NCBI GenBank assembly: GCA_965235115.1
Contig: OZ249436.1
Coordinates: 50,842,001 to 50,906,000, forward strand
Reading direction: 5' to 3'
From: Laetmonice hystrix
Lineage: Eukaryota
DNA length: 64,000 nucleotides
The notes beneath the pieces are model-generated. The model did no database searches. It saw only the letters and a list, made by a program, of their open reading frames with translations, and was not told the DNA's origin. The position numbers and the translations under genes are program-made. This document shows, piece after piece, positions 26,581 to 40,600 of this stretch (position 1 is the stretch's first letter; every line of letters starts with the position of its first letter).

Positions 26581-27537
26581 GCTCCAATGTTCGAAGCTCC
26601 CGTTTTGCGTCAGCGCCCGCTAATGTGTGCCGTCCGCAACTGAATGTAACCCGCTGTGTCACGCGAACACGGATGGCCCAAATATCGCGATTTTTTCATC
26701 AGAGCCAGAAAATATGTACTTAAGGCTTTACTACCCTGACATCAAATATGTGTCAGAATGAAATCTTTCAAAACTAAGCCTGAGCGAATCTCACATTTCT
26801 CGCAACTAGATTCTACCTAATTCTCGGAACTGCCTAAAGAAAGTAAAGACTGTACTGTACACTCCCCCCCCCCCCCGTGTGGCCGCAGAAATGTTCTTCA
26901 TAGTAGAAACCTAGAATATTAAACTGAGTCTGCCCTGAGGAGCCTGCCTGTCGTGCGTTAAAATCCCCACTAGAAAATAAATTGGAGTTAACGATACCAC
27001 ATATACCGTTAGCTCCACATGATGATGGGAAACGCACCCCTGGCTGAGCCAGGGCCAGGCCGCAGGCCGATTGCTGGCCTGCACATATCACATCATGCTC
27101 TACAGCCGCCAGTACGACTGCAGGCGCCTCAGTCTGTGACTAAGGTAGACTGTATCCTGACAAAGTCTCAAGCAGTATTTAAAGAAAGAACCCTCACCTT
27201 TTCACCTTGACGCCTTCAAATCCAAAGTGTCGATTTCACCCAACCTTGCTCTGGCACCTCCCACTCTCCCGTTGCTATGTCAAGGATTACCTCCACTAGT
27301 AACAAACAAAAATTATTAGGTTACACCAGAGGGCTACGTATAATTTGGTCTGCAGCGCCCTCTGATGTAATCTAATAATTACCGATTCATCTCATATAAT
27401 TGATATATATTATAGTATATTTTAACAAAGTCTACAGTGAGGGTCAGTGAGAATGTTCTAGGAGGCAAGTTCGTGAGAACTCTCTTTTCGAAGAGTCTCG
27501 AAACACCGGCCGTTTCCGCCTCGCTCTTGTGCACAAA

Positions 27538-30500
27538 ATGGCGACTTCCAAGGGAGCAAATACGTACAACCGGCAAAACTGGGAGGATTCGGTGAGATAT
27601 CCCATTTTGGATAATATTTTCATCTCCAAGCATAGTCTAACTATTTTTCTAATTACATTACGTAGTTGTGCATGTGGAAGTGTTGGCGTTGTAGTTCTCC
27701 AGCGGTACGAGTCGCTGTCTTGAGTCCGGCAGTAACGCACCCGTTGTGGATTCTGGCGGTACGACGGGAGAACGGTCATCGGGGGCGGGCGGTGTGGGGT
27801 CCGGGTTACGGGGGGGAGGGGACGGGCGGCGGGGAGGGGGACTGGCAGTGTCAGGGTCGGGAGCTGGGCGGAGGGGACGTTCCGATTGTGGCAGCATCGC
27901 TTGATCAGCATCATCTTCACACTGTCTTCATGAGTTCACTAAACTAAAAGCTGTTTCATACAAAATTGATGAGCACTTCCTACCTAGCCGCAAATGCATA
28001 AGTTAGTACTAGAATCTAGTAGCAAAAAATATACGTAGGCCTACGTCATTAAGAAAATCATAAATTTTATAAAGCGTAAAAGAAAAGGGTAAATGTTGTT
28101 TTCTTCTTATTCTTCTAGGAATTCCCAGTATTGTGCCAGACATGTCTTGGAGACAACCCATACATACGGATGGTAAGTTTTGGAAGGAAAATCCTAAAAA
28201 CAGTAAAGTATTACAAATTTTAAGTAAACTAAATTAATAAGTAGAAAATAAAATCCCCAATACAGGGTTCTCGCCAGCCATTTTCAGCATAGCGGGCCGC
28301 TACGCTGTCTATCACACTGGAAGTCTACATGTGAAAATAACCACCGTGACACTGTGCAACTGATTGTTTTTATGTTAAATCAATAGTCGCCATCGAAGAC
28401 CTTTCACTGACAAGATTAAAACTGTTTCTTCACTTTAGACCAAAGAGAAGTATGGCAAGGAGTGCAAGATCTGTATCAGGCCATTCACAGTCTTCAGATG
28501 GTGTCCTGGGGCCCGCATGCGCTTCAAGAAGACAGAAGTGTGCCAGACTTGTAGTAAACTGAAGAATATCTGTCAGACCTGCCTCCTAGATCTGGAGTAT
28601 GGTACGTGGTGCCACTGGTATTAGTCAAGAATTGGTTTAAACTGAATAGTAATTAGAAAGTTGTGATTGACAAACTGATGTGAAGCAGTGACTGAATAAG
28701 TGATTAGTTCATACCTGTTCACGGATGTTCATAGAACTTGTATTGTAACCTCCTGTGGCATGTCCATTTTTTGATCAGTTTTAATGCACTGAATATAACG
28801 TTGAACATTTGAAGAAGAAATCTAAAAGGTTCAAACCAATAACAGCCACTTTTCCAATGTAGACTCTAGGTAAGAAATAACTTAATAAAACATAAAAAGA
28901 CCAGCATCAAAATCTCATGAATTGAAATGGACAGAGCTAAGTTGATTTTGCTGTTCAATGTAGCTCGGTAGAATGTATCCAAAATATTTTTACATTGATT
29001 ACCATTTCATTATGACAGGTTTACCAGTTCAAGTTCGGGATGCTGCTCTCAAGATTCAAGATGAGATGCCTAAGTCGGATGTCAACAAGGAATACTACAC
29101 ACAAAACATGGAACGTGAGGCAAGTGTCTTATTGTTTGACATGTAGTTTTTAATAGATAATTCACTGTGAATGGGCATAGTACAGGATGTCAAGTTCCAA
29201 TTTCCGCCATCATTCCTATTTATTCCTATTTTTGGAGTAAAATTCCTATTTTTTTCCAGTTTTTGGGGCAGTATTCCTAAAATATTCCTACACATGTCTT
29301 TTGTCAATTTTTATCAACCGTAAAATTGTGTGAATTTCAATAAATGGTACCAAAGTGAAGACCACCTCATCACTGGACATTTTTTACAAGGACTTAAGCT
29401 TTAATATCTCAAGAAATTAGTCAAAAAAGATTACGTTTATCGAAGTCGATAGTGACTATTCCAAAAAATTCCCACTTTTTCCATATATTTTCTTATATGA
29501 CTTTAAATTTAAAACTAACAAAGCTTTAGAGGAAAGAAGTAATGTTAAAATCCTTCAGTGATGTTCCAGGTGACTTCATTTCGTCTGGATAATAAAATCA
29601 GATTACAGTGGAAGTTTTTTTTAATTTATCTTTTGTGTTCTTTCATGTTTCTTCTACTTGACAGATAGCAAACAGTGATGGTACAAACACGGTCGGAGCT
29701 CTTGGCAAGGCCATGACCCCAAGCGACATGTTGCTCAAGTTGGCCAGGACCACACCATATTACAAGCGTAATCGTCCTCACATCTGTTCGTTCTGGGTGA
29801 AGGGCGAGTGTAAACGAGGCGAGGAATGCCCATACAGGTCTGTATAAAATTAATATTGAGACAGAGTGAGTAAACAGTCATGCCCTCCCATACAACCTCA
29901 AACTCCAGAAAATTAGGCATTTTATTTCAGTGTGGAAAATGTACCTAATATGGTAATTTATTACATGATTTGATCATTTTTCAGTGTAATAATATTTCTG
30001 ATAATCCTGTTACTTTTGACACCTTTTATTGGTTCAACACATCTGTAAATTTTTGTGATTATTTGTGATTGGTATCGTTGATAGTTAATTCTTTCAATAA
30101 ATATTAAAGTGGCTATGTGATGAAACCAAATTTAACTTAATTTTTGCTGACAGACACGAGAAACCAACAGACCCTGACGATCCTCTGGCAGACCAGAACA
30201 TTAAGGACCGATACTACGGTCTCAATGACCCAGTTGCCGAGAAACTTCTCAAGCGTTACCAGAACATGCCCAAATTGGACCCACCAGAGGATCGCACCAT
30301 CACAACTCTATATGTTGGCAACCTTGGCGAGAAAATTACAGAGAAGGAATTAAGGTCAGCACCTTATAAATACTTTTACACATCTTTAGGCTAGCAGTTT
30401 GATTTGAGTCGATCTTGTTGGCAATTTACTACTAGTTGAATTGTACTCTAGAGATGTAAATTTAAACTCATAAAAAAATCTATGCATTCATGATAGGCAA

Positions 30501-33289
30501 AAATGTCATAATCAGGGCCAGTTTTTTTTTGTTTTGTGCTTACCGTGAGCTTAGCTGAGCAAGGTTGAGCAAGGTTTTCTTGCTCATGTGAGCACATGCT
30601 CACGGTGAGACGGGGTTGGGTTTTTTGTTTACCCTAAGCACAATCTCACATGAGCACTTGCTCACGGTGAGCAAGACACCGTAACTATGGTTATATGACG
30701 GAAGTCACGGAACAGTCCTATTGTCATCACTCAGATACTGTGATGTCACAATACTTTTGGAACTCTTCAAGACTTAAACAATAGGGCCTCATTTCTAACG
30801 TCACAATAGTGGCTGACATACCTTGTGCCTGTGGCCACAGTGTGACACTGCCATGGGACAGAGTGGACACTAGTCATCAAACCCCTAAACAAGCCAGGCA
30901 GTGTTCAGTGCATATTTTAGACTTTGCTCTGTAACAGCAGAATACAGTAGAACCTCACAAATACGACCACCTCAGGGACTGGCCGAAAGTGGTCGTAATT
31001 CTGAGATGGTCGTAATTCTGAAATTTGACCTGGATTAGGAAGGGTTTTGGGTATAGGGGGGGGGGGGCCTATCATTTAACCTGGATTAGGGATGCTCATA
31101 GGTATATCAGCATGATATCAGTAAAGGATGCCATAGACAAAGATTCATGGGCCTACATTTACATACATGTATAGTCCTCCTCTATCCTTTTATAGTGTTT
31201 ATTTGCATGAAGAGAAAGACGAACTTGAAACACTCTAAAACTTGGGAATAACTGAAAACTATGACAAGACTGAGTTGGATGAACAGGAACAAGTGTGTGG
31301 GATACAAAAATCAGTCTCGGTTTATAGTGACTCAAGTAAGGTCTAGGTGGACTGAAACACCTCGGCCCATTAATCCAAGTCGCACCTCCCATTGTGTTCA
31401 TAAAGTCTCTACAAACACTGCTGTTATTTAGGGTCAAGGTGGGCAGAAGCCGGGTCTGTTAATCCAAGTCGCACCTCCCATTGTCTTACAACTACATAAA
31501 CACTGCCAGCCACTCCATCTGGTCACTGACTGGTCGTTATTGTGAGGTTGAATCCAATTTGGGACTGAAATAAGCGGTCGTAAAAGTGAATTCCGAGGTG
31601 GTCGTATTTCTGAAACTTAAATGCATTGAAAATATAGGGATAATTTTGGGACTGCTCAAAAGTGGTCGTATTTTTGAGGTGGTCTTATTTCTGAGGTGGT
31701 CGTTAGGTGAGGTTCTACTGTATTCAGATGCTGGACTGCATTTACAAACTTCATGACTTGCTAAAAGGAGAGTCTAGAAAAGCTGTAAATGAAACAGACA
31801 AGACTAGAGTCTTTCTTTAAACAAATTTAAATTGTCTCTCTGTCTCTGAACTGAAACTGTGACATGTTGTTATGTGGGGGGCGGGGGTTATTTAGCAAGA
31901 ATAACTCCATGTAAGTATCCCCTCTTTTTCCCCTCCCTCTACATGGAAAGTCGCCACCTAGTTTTAACTATGTGTAGTTATCTCATGTGTGGCCACCTGG
32001 CGGTAACCATGTGTACTTAACGATCCCCTCGTTTAGGCGGCCACCAGCGACCACTTCCTGTCTGCAGAGGTGGTCGCTTATGACATCCTCATGCCCTCTA
32101 TACTTGTTATTAAGCCTATGTTGGGTCAGAGCACTAGCCATCGGGCCATTGTCTTTGGTCTGTTGAACTTGCCCGACCATGCAATCACCTTGCATCTGGC
32201 GTTAGGAATCGGCCATCACTGAGGTAGCTCATACTGTGGATGTTAAATGATTGCAGAGACCACTTCTATCAGTTTGGTGAGGTCCGTTCAGTGACAATGG
32301 TCAGCAGACAGCAGTGTGCCTTTGTACAGTTCACTACACGTGCAGCGTCAGAGAGTGCTGCCGAGAGGTCATTCAACAAACTTATTATCCAAGGACGGCG
32401 CCTCAACATTAAGTGGGGAAGGGCTCAGGCCCAGCAAGCGCTACCTAAGAAGGATGGTGATGATATTAGCAAGAAGTTAGAGCCTGTGCCTGGATTACCA
32501 GGAGGTTAGTTTGCTTTGTTTTCCTCTCAACTTTTGTAGAAAATCTACAAATTTTAAAGCTTTCAGTGTGAATTACAAGTAGATACAAATACCTGACTGT
32601 CTTATTGTCGTTTTTTAGTCAGAACAGTCATCTCACAGCTCCACTTGAAGGTGTTTTTTTCATATTTTAACATAATCTGACATTTTTCAGCTTTGCCGCT
32701 GCCGCCAGAGGAGCTAACCAACAATTACTTTAACCTGAATGGCCCACCCCCGATGATGCCGCCACCCATGCACCTGCAGATGCGTGGCCCACCCCCCGGT
32801 CTCCCACCTCACATGATGGGCCCACTCCGAGGCCCACCTCCATTACACGGTAGGTGTCATCTAAAGTTGGAGCCATTCACCTGTAGTTACATTTTGTACA
32901 TTTTGTATATCAATGGGTAGAAACTACCCACTAATGTCTGGAACACTTAGAGGCATGACTGAGGCGAGTTGGTCCGGTGTGTATTTATGATTGCATTAGA
33001 ATACAATACAATGAGATATTTGCAGAATGTTGCAAATTTATAATTTTTTATTTCAGCAATGAGGATGCCGCCTCCACCGCCAGGAATGCCACACATGAGA
33101 CCGCCGCCGATGCCACCACTTCTCCGGCCTCCCCCAGGCTTCCTGCCAATGAGACCACCGCCAATGATGCCTCCTGCTGCAGCAGCTGTGCACTACCCAT
33201 CACAAGACCCCACACGTATGGGAGCAGTTGGGACCAACGCTACCACATTGACAACGTCTCAGTCCCAAATACAAACTCAAGCACAGTAA
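27538..33289 (+). CDS. RBM22: Pre-mRNA-splicing factor RBM22; exons 27538-27591, 28119-28172, 28439-28601, 29019-29119, 29665-29837, 30154-30354, 32257-32504, 32691-32849, 33057-33289
   Basis: [52 protein letters not shown] finger [39 protein letters not shown]...CAFVQFTTR; Pro-rich tail with [11 protein letters not shown]. Splice phases are consistent; intron 4 has a GC donor. Confidence 0.97.
30945..31720. mobile_element. Tc1/mariner (pogo/Tigger-like) non-autonomous element in RBM22 intron 6
   Basis: TIR CAGTAGAACCTCAC..ACGACCACCTC / GAGGTGGTCGT..GTGAGGTTCTACTG with TA on both flanks; subterminal GTGGTCGTA repeats. Confidence 0.85.
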
Positions 33290-34663
33290 CGATAGTGGGG
33301 CTATATATCACATAGATCTAAATGATAGTACTTTCATAAAGAGCTCACTGCTTACTTTTGTCAATATAACATGGGAATTTGATGGGTGGAATCGGGCCGA
33401 AGTGTTGTATTTTATTTTTGTAAAATTGATAAGGTCTGATAAGGTGTTCTGTATCGATAAGCCTTTATTACTTCCCATTCGGATCAGCCTCACCCAACAG
33501 TCACTGTTTAAAGTTAGTTCCTTTCCTCTGAAATCGACTCCGTAACGGCTCAGTAACATAAAGTAGGACTGTCAATGAAGAAATAAGCCTGACGTAAATT
33601 CCATTAATCCAAGAAGAAAGTGCTGTTACGTTATTGATGTTTCTACGTGGCCCCCAGGATTGCTTTCAAATTTTGTGTCCCGTACAAGCAAAGTGTCTGG
33701 TCCATTACTGTGAGAAAGGCTGATAGATTTCCATTGGGCATCCAGTAAAGATAAAATTGGTCGGAGAGAATGATTTTAAAGTAAAAAAATGTACGGCCAC
33801 TGTTCCTAGACGAGGTTTTTATACATGTGCTTCCATACAGGGATGACTGTGAAGTATACTGTGTATTGCCCCTGTATGTACACACATGTATACGTATACT
33901 ATTGGTCAGTATGTACCCTGGTACTTTTATTTCCTTCTTTATAAGAAGACCGAAGGAAACTCGAAGTAAATGGCATACTGTATTTTTAATTAAAGATGAC
34001 TAGAATTCCACTGAGGCTGAGAAAGGTGGTTTGTATCGTGTGAATCCTTAAGGTTCCTCATATTTAATGAATTTGACATGAAATAAAATACTGGTAGTTA
34101 AATAATATCCAAAGTGACGTGTTCTCAGGGCCACGGAATATACATGGGTGTTTAGGGTAGATCTAATGATTGTTGAGGGTAAAGGCCAGGGCTAGTGCCC
34201 TGGTCGGGGTGGGGACATCTGGGTGTTGAGGGTAAAAGGACAGTGTAAGGGTAGGGATGCCGTCTCTGGGAACCTCTGGGTGTTGGGGTAAATGACAGGG
34301 CTGGGCAGAAAAACTAACCCAAACCTTACCTTACCGTAACTGACCCTGAACGGACCTATAGGTCTAATAATTTCCCCAGTGAAGGACCCTCATCCCGTTA
34401 GGCGTCAGAAGACACAGCATCGTTGCCTGAAGAGTGTGTGGGGTTGTGGTTGTCTACGCCCCCTGGCGGCCAAGGTGCACAGTGATGTTGCAAGTCGCCC
34501 TCTATCGGATAACGACGAAAACTCCATAAGATAAAAACGGTGAAATAGTCGGCGGGTCACTGTAAACAAAATCGTCAATCGGACACACAAGAAACTTGAG
34601 AAATTGCATGCAAAAATAAACTCATGCACAGAGACAGAAGCTGTCCATCCTGTTTCATACGTA

Positions 34664-37600
34664 ATGGGAACATCATGGTCTGGGGAAAGACCTCAAGGAA
34701 ACGATGCCCGTCAAGTTCAGGCGACTCAGGGAAGTGGGGGAGTAAAACGGAAACGAACCAACACTATCGACGAAGGCAACGCTGATGATGAAGATCAAAA
34801 GATAGAAGACGAGTTAAACACCCCCAAAAAGTACGTTGCTGTCCGGCTAAGGATTGAATTGTTGTTGTAAATTGCAAATGAAAGAATAAATCAAGTGTCA
34901 ACAGAAACATCAATGTTTTAATTATTTCTGGCAGTGTATTTATAATTTAGCCGGCAACGGCTAAATAAAAAGATTTATATAATTATAATTTATAGGATTA
35001 CCGAATCCAGACAAATTGCTTGGGTCAGGGTTAGGGGCCCTACAGCCCGGGATACACGGGGCAATTCGTTGCATGCGACGCGTTGCATGCAACCAGTCGC
35101 CCCGTGTATCTGCCTGCGTCGCGTCGCCTGAGGGAGGGGCGACGCGTCGCCCCAAATTCCGACATGTTGGATTTTGGGGCGACGCGTCGCCTCCCCCTGA
35201 CTGAGGCAACGCGGTTGCATGTGACGAGTTGCCCCGTGTATCCCGGGCTTACAAACTAGGGTCAGGCCTAGGATAATTAGGTGTTAATTGGATAGTCTGC
35301 TATAATTTAGCATAATTTATCTGATATAATATCCCCAATTAAATTTAAGGCTTAAAGCAGCAGTCTCGTCCGTTAAACCATGCTCGCAACCACCTAGTGA
35401 CCTATTTGATAACTACGTCCATCCTATGCTGTAGCATAGGAACTGACATCTATAAATAGCACGTCGACCGTTAGGGTGGACCCCCTATTGCACAATGCTG
35501 AAGGACGAGACCCTCGCTTTAAATGGTCACATGACCCTGCCAAATGCCAATATACATTGTCTTAACCAGGGGTGCATTTCTCATACAGCGTTATCCTGTC
35601 ATGCGACGTGTTAAAAAAATCCCCATTGAAAATACATTGGTGTTAATGATACGACAAGCTAACGACATATTATGCTTAGAAACACACCCCAGGGTAGCAC
35701 CCACATCATTTTAATCCTGTACAAGTTTAACTTAGACGTCTATAATTACAGAAAGAAGATGCGATCAACAAGTAAATACATCTACGAGACACTCTTTGAG
35801 CAGGGCCGTAACAGTGATGTTACTCTAATCTGTCTTGGACAGCACTGGCACCTACACAAGGTCTATCTGTGTCAGGTAAACTTACCATAAAACTACCTGT
35901 TCAAGATTATCAACCAAGAAAGTGAATCATCTTGTACGGTAAAGTATCTTAGAGATGGGACTCGCCCTAGTTTACCTTTAATTGCAAAATTTTTTTATCC
36001 TTTTTGACATTATTTTTTTAACCTCTTGTTTTTCAGTGTGATTATTTCAGCAGTATGTTCAGTGGGTCATGGTGTGAATCAAGTCAAGGTGTTATAACTA
36101 TCGATATACCAGATGATAACATTGACAGAGAAGGTATGGATTTCTAAGTCCCCTATATCATTAAAACATGTAAAGGGATGAGGGTCCTTCACAACGTGAA
36201 AGTATAGCACGAGATGTCTGGCAAATAAATACAGCATGACACTGAAAGTGGAGTGCTGTATTCATATACCAAGCATCAAGTTCCATACTTTCCCACTGGG
36301 AAGGAGCCAAATCCCATTTTAAAGTGTTTATTATATGTGCTTGGATTATTTATAATTTAAGGAAAACAAACCTTATTAAACAAAAATTAACAATGCTTTA
36401 GACTTCCAGATGCTCCGATAGCCTAATTTATAATATACTGTGTTACAATTACATGTTCCTGTGCTTCCGTAGGGCCCCAGAGTTAATGTCGCATGGCCCC
36501 AAAACTTGTATAATAAAGGTCTCCACGCTTGGCACTGTAGATTCATACATCGAATCGTCACGTGGCCAACAAAGAAGGCTTCACATTTCAGTATTTTAAT
36601 AATATTCAATGATAAATTTGGTTGATTATAACAGGAAATTGTTAATGAATATTTTGCAGCAATGGCCATTGCCTTTGGCTCATTGTACCAAGATGATGTC
36701 ATGATCAAACCCAACCATGTGGTATCAGTATTGGCAGCTGCCATGTTGTTAGGGCTCGACGGACTCATTCAGCAGTGTACCAGCGTCATGATGGAGACGA
36801 TCAGGTAGGACTCTCAATAAAACATCAATGTGGCTCAAGTACTCCTGCTGGATTCTCAAAAGGTAGCATTATTTATAGATTTGTGAACTGTTTAGGAAAC
36901 TGGAAAGCATGAAGAACCTGAAAACCATTTCTCTTTTTTTGTTTACCTTTAAAAAAAAACGTGAAAAAGGAGGAGGATCATCATGATTTCTTTGGTAAAA
37001 AAAAAAAAAAATGATCCAAAAAGATTTTTGCCTTAGGTAAATTCTGCATGTTTTAAATTGATGTAGAAACACTATCTACCGTATATGTTTGTAAAACTAT
37101 TAAGTATAAGTAACCCAAGTTTTGGCGTTTTTAGCTCAGCAACAGTTTGTGGTTACCAGAGTGCGGCACAGATGTATGCTCTCCAAGGCGTTCTCGTAAA
37201 GTGTACCGAGTGGCTAAAAAGGAACCTGCTAACAGCGCAAAGTGTGACCCTTCTCCAGAATCTTAGGTAGATGACAATAACAGGCAGCCTTAGCCTAGGC
37301 AACCTGGTCTTCATTTTATGATTTACAAAATTGAACTAATTAACTACTATTTAGAGTGTGTCAAAATTGTGTCAAATTCTTTTAGAAACCCAAATATTTT
37401 GGCAGGCAGAATCTGAGCCTTGAGATTGGATCATTCTGTAATGTAATTGCCTAACTTATTTGACTCTAACCAGGGCTGGTATGATTTAAATCAGTTGATT
37501 TAAATCATGATTTAAATCATGATTTAAATCACAGTAAAAAATTCAAAAAAATCATCAAAAATGATTTTTTTTAACAAAATCGAATGAAAAAGCAATATTT

Positions 37601-40600
37601 AAGACTGCAAGGGATGTCGAACATAGTATTATTAGACATACAGTACTAACTAGACCATTCTGACCAGATGTTTCCTGCCTGGATGCTCCTTATTAGTGAT
37701 GGCAGAGAATAGAAGCCGCAGAGTTATCAGATTTTACCTCTTATCAGCTGGTAGAAATTTTTGCTGAGAGCAAGTAACAAACTCAACATAGCATAATAGA
37801 ATTATTTTTAGGCCAAAGTATTGTTTATATTTAAAATATTAATAAATTCTCACTTTCAGAAACTAATAAATATTTGTAGAATGGATATCTCATCAAGGCT
37901 TGATTTAAATCGAAAAAGTCGATTTAAATCAAAAAAATCAAAAATCATGATTTTTTACAAAAAAGTCGACTTTTTTACCAGCCCTGACTCTAACCCATAC
38001 TATTGTAGTCCTGACTTGATGTCTGAGGCTGTAAGTGCTCCCGATCTGTTTGTCATCCAAGTGGAGATGGACGTGTATTCTCTGCTGAAGAAGGTAAGGT
38101 TGTCAGAGATTATCCTAAATGATTCAAATTAGTTCTGGGTAATTGTGGCCTTAATTAATGGACAAGTGGTGTCATGTGGCCTCATTCGGATTTATATCGT
38201 TTGCATCTACTACATTTCTGGTATTGAAAACTTGCTCATGAAGAGAAGTGTTGTTGAGTTGATTTTTACTTGTTCTTGCTGTATTGCAGTGGGTTTTCCT
38301 CCAAGTCCACCCCCAGTGGAATGGTAACTTCAAGGATCTGCTGGCTGAAAGTGACACATTCTTCAAATCACACCGTTAGTCTACCTACTAGGAAGATATG
38401 TTTTCTGGAACATGTCACAATGAAAAGAGGATTTCTTCTCCTATATTTTCATTCAAACTCCCACCCGTGTTTTACCTGAATTTGCCAATCGTGACCATGA
38501 ATGTATTTGAAGTAATGAAAGTTTGGTAGAAGCTCATTAGGATAACATAGGGACAGGGCATAATGATACTGATAGAGAACACTCAACAAATGTACGTTTA
38601 TGGTTTTGGATATTTGTTTCACAAACTTATATTTCAGGATCTTGCCACAAGAGGGCATACCTTGAAGCCGAAAATGGTTGTCTGTATGGAGAAGTGTTCA
38701 GAGGGTTGCGGTTGTGCCACATTGTAAATGATGCCACATCGGCACGTCTTCTTGAAGAGGACCACATCATTCCCATGAGTATGTTACTCTGGTATTTTTC
38801 TGCATCAGTTCTCAAAGTGAAGACCAATGCCAAGAAAAGCCAGGCATGTGAATTCATCATGACTTTGGTAATTTCTGAGAAGAGTTTCAATCTCTAGAGA
38901 AAAAATAATAATGATCATGGGTGTGTGTGTGTGGGGGGGGGGGGCGGGGGGGGGGGTCAATTTTTAACTTTCCCATTATTTTGCCTGTATCCATCTGTAA
39001 AATGTGTGCAGGCGACTTGCAATGTCCAGAGTAGGCCAGCCTTATTTATTTCACAGATATATTTTTGTCACTGTGTCTTGGTAAACTAATCATCAGTACC
39101 TTTGTATCAGGAAATGACCCTGAGTCACACAATTCAGGACCCAGCTATCCTTCAAACCTGATTAGCCAAATCATTGTTACATTAGCCATAATTCAACCCT
39201 TGTAGCCAACATGTGTCCTTGCTGGAAGAGATCTCGCTGTACAATTTGCACAAACTATCACCGTTCTGAAAATTTCTCTGCCAATTTAAGAAACCAATTG
39301 CCTTTAGCGAATTGCGACTGAGTAGCAAGGGCCCTGCAATTAATAGACCATACTTGGATATAACAATGTCCTTTCCAACTTATGACTTTTAGGTTGGCTG
39401 CTACCAGTGTATAGGGACCAATGGCATCAGCTTTTGCGACTTGAACAGTCTCTAGATGCTGGGTAGGAAAAGTTTTATTGATACAGTATAAGACTGTTGA
39501 AAAACAAAATCACAGTTATTGAAAGAGAAGAGTGAATGTTTCCTCTATTCCAAAACTAACCTTACAAGATCAATACTTTGATTACCTCAATGTCCTATAT
39601 CAATATCTTGGAGTGACACTGGATGGAAATCTTTCCACAATAGTCACAAAAACACTAGCTACAAAGTAGCTACAAAAGCTACAAAAGCTACAGAAAATAC
39701 AAACCGGAGGCTTATGTATATCTGTTTCGGGGACGACACACCAGTGAGTGTGAAGCAGCTCCACCATTACCTGAGCTTAGTTATCGACATATTGCACACA
39801 TATAATTATTGATTAATGTGGCATGCATTTGATCCTTGGGGCGTTTCTTAGGCCGGAGGGAAGTGGACACCCTGACTTTGAAAAGTTGTCCCTTCGTGTT
39901 GGACGCATTCTGCCCAAGGATGGAGAAGTCAGTGGACTAATTTTCTTTTTTATATTTTTATTCTGCTTTTTTTATGTTTATAGCTATATAGTACATGTTT
40001 GTATCTCCATAGAAAAAAATGTAGAAAAAAACTTAATCATATTTAAAAGCATTTTTTATAAACTCTATGGCATCTAGATACATGATCAGTGGTCCGTGAT
40101 CTGAATACTGTTTTCGTGTCACATCAGTGTTTGGTGTCACCTGTCGTTGATCTTACATATACACGATGTTGTAGTTTTGCTGGCGGTGGACAGGTTTTAA
40201 CTATGGTCTGGACCTTCTCGTCTCCGTCACAAACAGGTGGGTTGTGATGTATGAATGGTAAACACGTTCTGACTTTGTCTGGTAGAAGATACATTCACCA
40301 CTAATTCTGGTTCCAGGAAAACGGATTGATGAAACGTGATTACCCTATCCTATTTCTCATGAGAAAAACTTGCCAAGATAAATACTTTTACTGAGTTAAG
40401 TGGTAAAAATTCTCCCGTGTCATGAAAATCTTGATCATGTCAAGTTATGTGTGTAATTGTTTTCTCGTCATTTAGAACAGTATTAACACACTTTAAGTAA
40501 CTGACGAATAAGCAGTGGGGTGGAGAGAAAGAAAGATTTGTGTGAGAAGATTTTCAATACAGTGACTGCGGTGGTCGATGATATTGATTGTTGCTCCTTT

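Noticed and set aside
27444..27947. Pro-rich and Gly-rich ORFs
   Set aside because: These lie in the GC-rich start of RBM22 intron 1; no homology recognised.
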